Below, piece after piece: positions 1 to 7,921 of a stretch of 64,000 bases of DNA (the stretch's first letter is position 1; each line of letters opens with the position of its first letter). The notes beneath the pieces are model-generated. The model worked only from the letters and a program-made list of their open reading frames with translations, was not told where the DNA came from and ran no database searches. Location: the NCBI GenBank assembly GCA_036170915.1, contig JAVHQC010000010.1, positions 64,001 through 128,000 of the forward strand, in the 5' to 3' direction. This stretch comes from Cyanobacteria bacterium auto_48_18 (GTDB lineage Bacteria > Cyanobacteriota > Vampirovibrionia > Obscuribacterales > Obscuribacteraceae). The position numbers and the translations under genes are program-made.

Positions 1-299
1 CTCTCCATTAAAACGCACCATTCATCCGGCGCATCCTGTCGCTCTTCAGAAAAACATGACACGCAGGTTGATTCACGCAAAAGAGTGCCGAAGTCTTTGC
101 CCCTTGGCAATAATCTGGCGGCACTTTGACGGCTCCAGTAAACAATCACCGGAGCGAGCTTTTGATCTAGCGACAAGCGCTCTAGTTCGCGTATGAACGG
201 CAGAAAACTTTCAGGCGGCAAAATGCTGAGCGGCAAAGCGCCCGCGCCGGACTGCTGCACCAGCATCATTTGCAATTGTATGCGGCCGGACTCGCCCAT
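1..299 (-). CDS. Partial CDS running off the window start; N-terminus weakly resembles a DICT-type sensory domain
   Basis: Manual translation from ATG at 299 is open to position 1: MGESGRIQLQMMLVQQ...FIRELERLSLDQKLAPVIVYW...DAPDEWCVLME. It is absent from the ORF track because no stop lies in the window. The DICT resemblance (EW-hydrophobic motif) is weak. Confidence 0.55.
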   Translation of the reverse strand, partial: MGESGRIQLQMMLVQQSGAGALPLSILPPESFLPFIRELERLSLDQKLAPVIVYWSRQSAARLLPRGKDFGTLLRESTCVSCFSEERQDAPDEWCVLME

Positions 300-493
300 T
301 AACTCTTGAAATTCCCGTCGCTACAAGCTCTATAGAAGAAACTACATCTCAATAGTGCCTGGTTAATTAGATACCACTCCGGCATGGCCCTTAATCCCTC
401 ACACGCAGACTGTGACTTAATGTTACCCTTTACAACCGCAATGCGGCCGCCCCACTGGGTCAGTGTTACCATGAAACCCCTGCTTACCTCGAG

Positions 494-1192
494 ATGCGCA
501 TCAAACCATTGACCATGACAATACCCGGCGAAGAAATCCAGACTCAGGCCACGCCTGATGATAACGTTTACCAGGAAAATATCGCGTTCTGGGAAAAAGC
601 CTGGAGCGGCTGCAAAACTCCATATACTCAGCTTCCCGACCTCTCTTACATTTCGCGCATTCCCGACGAATTAAACAAAACCAAAGCAAAACGAGTGCTC
701 GACCTCGGATGCGGCTCAGGCTGGCTTTCGGTGTACCTGGCGCGGCAAGGTTTTGATGTGGTTGGCGTTGACGTCTCAGCCCAAGCCATCTACCTGGCCA
801 AAACTTGGGCAGAGCAAGAAGACCTGAAAATTACATTTGATGTGGGTGACGTGGCCGATCTCAAATATGCAGATGGAAATTTTGATGCGGTCGTAGCCAA
901 TTCAATTTTTGAACATTTCCCCCTAAAGCAGGCCGGGGAGATGTCGACAAAAGTGCATAAACTGCTCAATGACCACGGCATATTTATCGGCTGCTTTGAT
1001 AAAGTCGGTGGCGGACCAGGCGAATACTACACGTTGGCCGACGGTACTCATGTTTATACCGACAAGGGCCGCAAAGGTATGCTATTGCGGCGCTATTCGC
1101 TCGAAGAATTAAAAGAACTGTTCTCTGGTTTTGCCACCATGACCAGTGACGAAGTAGACGGTGGGTCACTCTTTATTGTGGCGACAAAATAA
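494..1192 (+). CDS. Class I SAM-dependent methyltransferase
   Basis: VLDLGCGSG motif I, GVDVS, GDV and FDAVVA motifs. Confidence 0.9.
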   Translation: MRIKPLTMTIPGEEIQTQATPDDNVYQENIAFWEKAWSGCKTPYTQLPDLSYISRIPDELNKTKAKRVLDLGCGSGWLSVYLARQGFDVVGVDVSAQAIYLAKTWAEQEDLKITFDVGDVADLKYADGNFDAVVANSIFEHFPLKQAGEMSTKVHKLLNDHGIFIGCFDKVGGGPGEYYTLADGTHVYTDKGRKGMLLRRYSLEELKELFSGFATMTSDEVDGGSLFIVATK

Positions 1193-1193
1193 T

Positions 1194-2297
1194 TCAAGCG
1201 CACTTCAGTTCGGTCCACATGCGGTCGTAAATGAAAATGGCGGGGCCCAGCTCGCCCAGCTCTTCACAGCGCGCCATGACACTTTCAGGCGGATAAAGAT
1301 TAGGGTCATTGCGTAAACTAGAATCCACCAATTTCCAGGCTGTCTCATTGGCAATGGCATAATTGGTAAAATTAGCGCAAGCCGCTGCCACAGCCGGCTC
1401 AAGCATATAATTTATCCATTTGTAGGCCAGGTCGACGTGCGGTGCACTTTTAGGAATGCAAAAATTATCAGTCCAAATCGATGCGCCATTGCTCGGTATG
1501 ACATAGCGAATATCATCATTATCGCGACGGGCCTGATAAGCATCACCACTAAATACTTGCGACAAAAAAGAGTCACCGCTGGCCAGTTCAACAATTACCT
1601 GGTCTGAGGTATAGCACATGGTCAATGGCTTTTGCTCAATCAATAGATTGCGCGCGGCACCGATTGTGGCTTCGTCTTGGGTGTTATAAGAATGACCGGC
1701 CAGCTTCAGGGCCATGCCAATTACTTCGCGACCATCATCGAGTAATGTCATGCGTTGCGAAAATCGTTTATCCCAAAAGATTTCCCAGGGTAAACTCAAA
1801 CTGCTTGACTTAATGGCACCAGATGCGGTGAACTGTTTTAAGCTAAAACCGATGCCTGTGGTACCCCAGGTGTAAGGCACGCAATGCTTTAAACCAGGGT
1901 CGAAAGCTGAATTGCGAAAGCGCGGCAGCAGGTGCTCTAGACCGGGCAAGCGCTCGTGATCAAGCCCGGCCAAAATATCAAGCTTATGCAATTGCTTGAC
2001 CATATAACTGGACGGCACAATAATATCGTAACGACTGCCACCAGCTTGAAGCTTGGCCATGAGCGCTTCGTTCGAAGCAAAAGTATCGTAGACGACTTTG
2101 CAAGAGTAGCGTTTTTCAAACTCAGGTATGGCATCAGGATGCAAATAATCGGCCCAATTCAAAATATTGAGTTGGTGCTCGTCGGCATCATTCTGACTGT
2201 TGCATCCGGCGAGAGTAGTACCGCATGAAAGTGCCAGCAGTGCAGCCGAACATTGCGAAATAAACTGACGCCGATTTAAACTCTTCTCGTAAATCAT
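1194..2297 (-). CDS. potD: Spermidine/putrescine ABC transporter substrate-binding protein (PotD/PotF family), Tat lipoprotein
   Basis: NRRQFI twin-arginine and LAGC lipobox; LNILNWADY, YDIIVPSSY, VPYTWGTTGI and WTDNFCIPK motifs. Confidence 0.88.
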   Translation of the reverse strand: MIYEKSLNRRQFISQCSAALLALSCGTTLAGCNSQNDADEHQLNILNWADYLHPDAIPEFEKRYSCKVVYDTFASNEALMAKLQAGGSRYDIIVPSSYMVKQLHKLDILAGLDHERLPGLEHLLPRFRNSAFDPGLKHCVPYTWGTTGIGFSLKQFTASGAIKSSSLSLPWEIFWDKRFSQRMTLLDDGREVIGMALKLAGHSYNTQDEATIGAARNLLIEQKPLTMCYTSDQVIVELASGDSFLSQVFSGDAYQARRDNDDIRYVIPSNGASIWTDNFCIPKSAPHVDLAYKWINYMLEPAVAAACANFTNYAIANETAWKLVDSSLRNDPNLYPPESVMARCEELGELGPAIFIYDRMWTELKCA

Positions 2298-3481
2298 ACA
2301 TTCTTACATGCCAGTGCACTAACATCAGCACCATCAAGTTGCAGAAAGAGATCTTGATCGATGGTTAACTGTGACATTTGCGCTGCTGGTATCACGGCTC
2401 GAATTGCGACATCGGGGAAATCGAGGCAACGTAATTTTAAATCTACCTGGCTACCTTGATAGGCACTGGTGATAATACGGCAGGGAATATTGGCTTTCTG
2501 CCCTTGTGTATCAGGAGTCTGATCACCAGCAATAAGATTAATGGCCTCAGGTTTAAAGCAAGCGAAAGCCTGATCGCCGACCTTAAGGGCACTACCAGCA
2601 GTGGCGCGGCAATAAATCAAATGCCCGGCACAATCTAGAGTTATCGCACCATTTTCGGTACCATTATCAGTGCCATTAACTGCAACCACTTTGCCGGGCA
2701 CTAAATTAGAGCGGCCAATAAAGCTCGCCGTAAATGCGGTTTGCGGTTGTTCGTAGATTTCGCTCGGAGTGCCCACTTGCTCAAGTATGCCCTGGTTGAA
2801 CACAGCCACCCGGGTCGATATGGCTAAGGCCTCTGACTGGTCGTGGGTAACCATGACAAAGGTGAGATTGAGTTCGCGCTTCAGGCGCGAAAGTTCGTCT
2901 TGCATTTCTTCGCGAATACGCACGTCTAAAGCTGAAAGCGGTTCATCTAAGAGCAATACTACCGGACGCATAACCAGCGCCCTGGCCAGTGCCACACGCT
3001 GCTGTTGGCCGCCCGAAAGCTGGGCCGGAAGCCTATCGGCGTACTGCGCAAGACGCACAACATTTAAGGCCTCGCGACTACTTTCACCGATTTCAATATT
3101 GTTCAATTTGCGCGCTGCCCGCAAACCAAAAGCGACATTTTCGAGCACGCTCATATGCGGAAAAAGAGCATAACTCTGAAAAACCATATTGACCGGTCGC
3201 TTGTAAGGCGGCACTCCAATAGTTGCTTTGCCGTCAATTAAAATTCTGCCGCTGCTTGGTTCTTCAAAGCCGGCAAAGATGCGCAACAAAGTGGTTTTGC
3301 CGCATCCTGATGGGCCAAGGAAACTGTAAAACTCACCAGCCTGAACATTGAGGCTAATATTAGAAAGAGCAGGAGCGGAAGCCCCTTCAAAACTTTTGCA
3401 AACGCTTTCGGCAACGAGCACGCCCGAGGCATCACTTGCCGAAGTCACGGCCGGCTCTTCTACTGTAAGGTCTGACTTCAA
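2294..3481 (-). CDS. potA: Polyamine ABC transporter ATP-binding subunit (PotA family)
   Basis: GPSGCGKT Walker A, VFQSYALFPH, LSGGQQQR signature, LLLDEP Walker B, VTHDQ; 4-bp overlap with potD. Confidence 0.9.
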   Translation of the reverse strand: MKSDLTVEEPAVTSASDASGVLVAESVCKSFEGASAPALSNISLNVQAGEFYSFLGPSGCGKTTLLRIFAGFEEPSSGRILIDGKATIGVPPYKRPVNMVFQSYALFPHMSVLENVAFGLRAARKLNNIEIGESSREALNVVRLAQYADRLPAQLSGGQQQRVALARALVMRPVVLLLDEPLSALDVRIREEMQDELSRLKRELNLTFVMVTHDQSEALAISTRVAVFNQGILEQVGTPSEIYEQPQTAFTASFIGRSNLVPGKVVAVNGTDNGTENGAITLDCAGHLIYCRATAGSALKVGDQAFACFKPEAINLIAGDQTPDTQGQKANIPCRIITSAYQGSQVDLKLRCLDFPDVAIRAVIPAAQMSQLTIDQDLFLQLDGADVSALACKNV

Positions 3482-3495
3482 GTAATTTCCTGCTC

Positions 3496-5265
3496 TTAGC
3501 TACGTTTTTTCAGCCCGCTTTTCATATCTCGAATCAAGTATGCAATTTGCAAATTAAGCAGCACCACCTGCGAATCAATATCTACTTTTAAGATATCTGC
3601 AATTTGCTCAAGGCGATAACGCAAAGTATGCCTGTGAATGAAGAGCGAGCGAGCAGTTGAATTGAGGTTAGCGCCATGCTCCACATAGACGCGCAAAGTA
3701 TCCACCAGCTCAGATTCCCACTCTTCATCATAAGCTTCAAGGGGGCTCAAATTTTCTTCTAAAAATCTGTCTGATTCAGGATGATCGATAATCAGATACA
3801 ACAAACGCTTGAAGCCGAGCTCAGCGTAACCAAGCAAAAATTCGCCGTCGGCGTCAATCATTGAACCGACCACAAGGGCCTGGCGGGCTTCACCATAGGC
3901 GTCGGGCAAATCTAAAGCGGTTGTCACCAGACGACCCGCACCGAGCCTCACTTTTATGCCGGGGTTGAGAGCCTTAATGCGAGCGTTCAATGTTTCAGCT
4001 TGAGTCAACCATGGCTCTGGAGATTTCTCTTTGTACGGAATGACAAAAGCGCGCATGCCCTCCGCTTCACAAGAAATGTAAGTATCGTCAGGATAGGCCA
4101 CGCTGTGTTGAGCAACGCCGGAAGCATTTTGCTCGTCAGTAAAGCTTGCACTAACGGCAAAAACAAGAAAACCTTCGCAGAGATCAAAACCAAAGTGCCT
4201 GTCTAAGCGCTCTTGATCGGCAGCTGAAAGAGTGCGGCCCGACAGCAAATCTTTGAGCAAAGTTTTTTGCGTCACTGAAAACGTAGGCGAATCTTTGAGG
4301 CGATGGGAAAAATCGACCTTACAAGCCAGTGTCAGTGGATGCATATATTCAGACAGCGCCGCCACATCGTCTTGTGGCCGAATCATCACTGAAACGTATC
4401 CGGCAATCAAATCGCCCAGTGGAATAGGGAAGACCAGGCGGCGGCCAAAACTAAATGGCACCATATTGATGTCGGCACTGGTCTCAAAATGTCTGTTAGC
4501 GCCAGGGGTAATGGCTTCTTTGCTCTTTTGATGCGCTCGCAGAGCGGCCTGTCCTTCTTCTTCGAGATTCTTTTGCTGGCTCAAGGGAGTCGCGCCCATG
4601 TTGCGAGCGGCCAGCACCTTAAACTCAGCAGTCTCAACCACAAGCGGTCTGTTAAGCCACCCGGAGACAGTTTCGATCAGACCTTCGAGGCCTTCTTCAA
4701 GGACAATACTGAGCATGGCCGAATAAAGCCTGGCAGAAGAAAGTTTGAGCTCAAGGAGAAATACCGAGCGAAAATCTTCAATCACTTGAGCTGGGTCACC
4801 ATAACCTGGTACCACTATTAGTGCCACCGACTCTTCCTGACAGCGCTTGATCAAGCGCTTCATGGCAGCGTCAATAAGTGTTGGCGCCGGGGTCGAAGCT
4901 GACAAGGCGGCTGGCTGCGCGATGCTTTGAGCTGCCTGAGTAGTGCCAGCTTTAACAGCAGTTGTAGGCTTCGTAGTCGTTGTGGTGGCAGTCGTAGCTG
5001 TGCTTGTACTTGAATAGTCAGCGCTGGTTTTGACGATCACCAGAGCAGACAAGTGCGAAAGTGCAGACAATTCGATTTTGCTCAAGACATCAGAGCGAGT
5101 CACCACCAGACTGCCCGGGCGCGGCGCGGTGCCAATGCTCGAAATTACCTGTGAAACCTGGCGATCGAGCAAATCATTCCCCACCAGCACCTGTGCCTCT
5201 GCTAATGAGTCAGAGGTAAGCAGTTGTTTAACCGATGGGTGAATCGAATATGGTGCCTGAGTCAT
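3496..5265 (-). CDS. PucR/CdaR family transcriptional regulator
   Basis: C-terminal TARSLFIHRHTLRYRLEQI HTH, LxPLxxYD...LVDTLRVY, degenerate GGDEF-like middle; Thr/Ala-rich linker. Confidence 0.88.
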   Translation of the reverse strand: MTQAPYSIHPSVKQLLTSDSLAEAQVLVGNDLLDRQVSQVISSIGTAPRPGSLVVTRSDVLSKIELSALSHLSALVIVKTSADYSSTSTATTATTTTTKPTTAVKAGTTQAAQSIAQPAALSASTPAPTLIDAAMKRLIKRCQEESVALIVVPGYGDPAQVIEDFRSVFLLELKLSSARLYSAMLSIVLEEGLEGLIETVSGWLNRPLVVETAEFKVLAARNMGATPLSQQKNLEEEGQAALRAHQKSKEAITPGANRHFETSADINMVPFSFGRRLVFPIPLGDLIAGYVSVMIRPQDDVAALSEYMHPLTLACKVDFSHRLKDSPTFSVTQKTLLKDLLSGRTLSAADQERLDRHFGFDLCEGFLVFAVSASFTDEQNASGVAQHSVAYPDDTYISCEAEGMRAFVIPYKEKSPEPWLTQAETLNARIKALNPGIKVRLGAGRLVTTALDLPDAYGEARQALVVGSMIDADGEFLLGYAELGFKRLLYLIIDHPESDRFLEENLSPLEAYDEEWESELVDTLRVYVEHGANLNSTARSLFIHRHTLRYRLEQIADILKVDIDSQVVLLNLQIAYLIRDMKSGLKKRS

Positions 5266-5360
5266 AAGAACTTGCCTGCGGCAATTAATGGCGTCAATGA
5301 AAGACTGTAAAAAAGCACAGCCATACCTATTTTAGCGCGACCGCGATCACATAAGGCAAG

Positions 5361-5382
5361 ATATACTCAACTCAGAGTATAT
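5361..5382. promoter_or_regulatory. Perfect 8-6-8 inverted repeat, candidate transcription-factor operator
   Basis: ATATACTC-aactca-GAGTATAT in the divergent region between the PucR gene and the small ORF. Confidence 0.4.
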
Positions 5383-5521
5383 ACAGAAGAGTTCTTAGAT
5401 AAAACTTTGACTTTTCAGTAGAAATTCTTCCCAGACCTATTGAGCTTTTCCAGTCTTTGAGTAATATTTAATACAGTCGCAAACCAACTCCTCCTGACCA
5501 TTAGCCTAGAAAGAGCTATCG

Positions 5522-5689
5522 ATGAACCGAAACGAGCACGCCAGAGCCTTAGACACGAGATTACTGGGCCTATTCGAGCACAAAATTCTTGAATTCACCA
5601 AGTTTTCAGAAGAGAATCCCAATACAGCACCGATCACAATGATGATTGCTGGTCTCTACAAAGACCTAGCAGACATCATCAAGAAGTAA
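5522..5689 (+). CDS. Small 55-aa protein, below the ORF-track length cut-off
   Basis: ATG..TAA encoding MNRNEHARALDTRLLGLFEHKILEFTKFSEENPNTAPITMMIAGLYKDLADIIKK; purine-rich AGAAAGAG upstream; intrinsic terminator 21 nt downstream. Confidence 0.7.
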   Translation: MNRNEHARALDTRLLGLFEHKILEFTKFSEENPNTAPITMMIAGLYKDLADIIKK

Positions 5690-5710
5690 GAAATCCAAAA
5701 AATTGCTTAG

Positions 5711-5738
5711 AGAGGGGCGCCCGTGGCCCCTCTTTTTT
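5711..5738 (+). terminator. Rho-independent terminator
   Basis: AGAGGGGC-gcccgtg-GCCCCTCT followed by TTTTT. Confidence 0.8.
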
Positions 5739-5805
5739 GTGGTCTATTTGGCCAGCTCGACCGACAGAGACTATGATGGAAACAACCACGGCCGGGTAAC
5801 AAGCC

Positions 5806-6810
5806 ATGTTCTTTCGCGCAAAGCGGCACACTGCAGCACTTACCGAAATCATTGGTGATCCGCATGCTGACGAGCATAAGTGGATGACGGCTTGTGCTGC
5901 GCTAGGGGAGCAATCCAATCGCCTGAGCAAAAACGAATTGAAAAGAATTCTGTTGCCGCACCCACTGGCGCATTCCGCAGCAATTCTCTATATAACTTTG
6001 AATTGTCTTTTGAGCTGGACAATGGTTACCCTCGCATTTATCAACTTTGCAGAAATGAGTATTCTCGGACGTCAAGCCACGCTTGTAGCACTGGTGCCAG
6101 CACTGCTTCCAGGAATATTGCTTTCATTTTTTGGCACCATTGGCTTCTGGCAACAGTTTTACGCCGATTCTCCAAACAAGATCCGTACTACCACCTGGTT
6201 CGGATGCACTGTTGTAATGGCACTTATTCCTTTTATTTTTGGCTACTTTCGCTGGTTTGATGGAAACTTACCGCTGGCAGTGGGTGTCGTACCAGTGGTG
6301 GCAGCGCTCGTCTTTTATCCTATGAATGCCCTGGCAGCAAAAACACGAGAGGCACTGCCCAGGTCTTTTCGGTCGGAGAAGGCACTATTTTTAACTGCGC
6401 TTATGTCAATACCGTCCCTAGTTACTTTCGGCATAGATTGCGTTTTTCATTTAGGAATTTTGACCTGGCAGCCAACGATTTGTCTTTACCTGCTTTCCAG
6501 TATTGCACTGCCCGCCTTCGTCATAGCTAGAGTTGGGCGATCAACAGCTCTATTACCTTCGTTGTGCTTGAACACCATTTGCAATGCTCCCCTGGTGCTT
6601 GGCGTGATTGCACTAATGGTTGTTGGATCTGCGTTCAATTTTCCGACAACACTGAACGCTGACCCTGTTTTTTGGGGTCTAGCCGCACTTGCCAGCCTTC
6701 TTCTGACTCTGCTTCCAATTGCTATCGGCTCCTTCCTCGGAGTTAAACAGAATCAAATGATTGTCGCTGCGAGCCTCAAACGCCTCGCAAGTGGGCCATC
6801 CGCAAACTAA
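5806..6810 (+). CDS. Multi-pass membrane protein, unknown function
   Basis: 334 aa with roughly 8 hydrophobic segments. Confidence 0.75.
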   Translation: MFFRAKRHTAALTEIIGDPHADEHKWMTACAALGEQSNRLSKNELKRILLPHPLAHSAAILYITLNCLLSWTMVTLAFINFAEMSILGRQATLVALVPALLPGILLSFFGTIGFWQQFYADSPNKIRTTTWFGCTVVMALIPFIFGYFRWFDGNLPLAVGVVPVVAALVFYPMNALAAKTREALPRSFRSEKALFLTALMSIPSLVTFGIDCVFHLGILTWQPTICLYLLSSIALPAFVIARVGRSTALLPSLCLNTICNAPLVLGVIALMVVGSAFNFPTTLNADPVFWGLAALASLLLTLLPIAIGSFLGVKQNQMIVAASLKRLASGPSAN

Positions 6811-6898
6811 AATCGGCATATGAGTATTCTTCCCATTTACAGGGCTGCGGCCAGGCGCTAATCTGGGCTCCTTGAGAACTGAGGGACAGATAGAACAC

Positions 6899-7159
6899 AT
6901 GGACATGCCTTTTTACATCATGAGCGGCCTGATCGCCATTTCTATTCTCGTTTTCATTGCCGAGTCAGACCGGCTGCTTTCGTACATCAAGCCCAAGCCA
7001 AAGATTGTCAGCTCCAATTGCTGGGGCACTTATGAAGGGATAAAGTCAGACGCCATCGTCGGCACCATTGAAGTAAAACCTCTGCCCGGCAAGCAAAAAA
7101 TCATTGGTGGCAGCACCACATATGCCGCCGGCCGTGGTGTCAAAATGAACGGCAGCTGA
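6899..7159 (+). CDS. Small membrane-anchored hypothetical protein
   Basis: ATG at 6899, in frame with the track ORF; N-terminal hydrophobic helix. Confidence 0.55.
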   Translation: MDMPFYIMSGLIAISILVFIAESDRLLSYIKPKPKIVSSNCWGTYEGIKSDAIVGTIEVKPLPGKQKIIGGSTTYAAGRGVKMNGS

Positions 7160-7178
7160 TCTTCAAAAAGAGTATTGA

Positions 7179-7901
7179 GTGAGCGACAATAAAAATTTCG
7201 TCAACCGTTCAGGCATCATTCTGGCCATCCTGGCTGTGCTCTGGGCCCCTTCCGCACTTGCTTATTCGCAAGTCGAAATCGAAGCCATGCACAGCAAGGC
7301 TTCCGACAAATTGCCACCAATTGCCGAAGCCCTAAAATTCAGCTATTCCAAAGAATGCAAAGACGAATTCAACAGAGCCTGCGCCAAGGGCAAAGCGGCC
7401 ATTGATAAAGCCGTTGCCGCCGAAGGGGCCGACAAACCAAAACATTCTCTCTGTGTGGTCTCTGACATTGACGAGACTATTCTCGACAACCGCCCCTTTA
7501 TCACACGCGAAGTGGCGAAAAATGCCAAAGAAGTAAACTGGGGCGCCTTTGAAGAATGGGTGCATGAAGCTGATGCCGCGCCTTTAAAACCAACCATTGA
7601 CCTGCTCGCTTACGCTCGTAAAAAGGGTCTGGCAGTCTTTTTGATTACGGGTCGCGTAGAAAAATTGCGCCGCTCCACCATCAGCAACCTGATTAAGGCT
7701 GGTATCACATACGATGGCCTATATATGCGGCCAGATGGCGACAAGAGCAGTGCTGTGCCCATGAAAACCGCCTACCGCAAACAAATCGAAGCCATGGGCT
7801 ACGAAGTTGTAGTCAATATCGGCGATCAATACTCAGACCTGGCTGGCGGCCACGCGGTGGACGGCGAAAAGCTGCCCAACAAAATGTACTTCATCAAATA
7901 A
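7179..7901 (+). CDS. Secreted HAD-superfamily acid phosphatase (subfamily IIIB/class B-C type)
   Basis: Signal peptide; DIDET motif I, ITGR, IGDQYSDL, KLPNxMY. Confidence 0.88.
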   Translation: MSDNKNFVNRSGIILAILAVLWAPSALAYSQVEIEAMHSKASDKLPPIAEALKFSYSKECKDEFNRACAKGKAAIDKAVAAEGADKPKHSLCVVSDIDETILDNRPFITREVAKNAKEVNWGAFEEWVHEADAAPLKPTIDLLAYARKKGLAVFLITGRVEKLRRSTISNLIKAGITYDGLYMRPDGDKSSAVPMKTAYRKQIEAMGYEVVVNIGDQYSDLAGGHAVDGEKLPNKMYFIK

Positions 7902-7921
7902 TCGTCCAGTATTGACTGACT

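Noticed and set aside
390..405. ATCCCTCACAC resembling the cyanobacterial Yfr1 sRNA motif
   Set aside because: Imperfect match to ACTCCTCACAC, with no flanking hairpins or terminator
5679..5930. 83-aa minus-strand ORF from the track
   Set aside because: It overlaps the terminator and the real plus-strand genes and has no recognisable features, so it is a shadow ORF.
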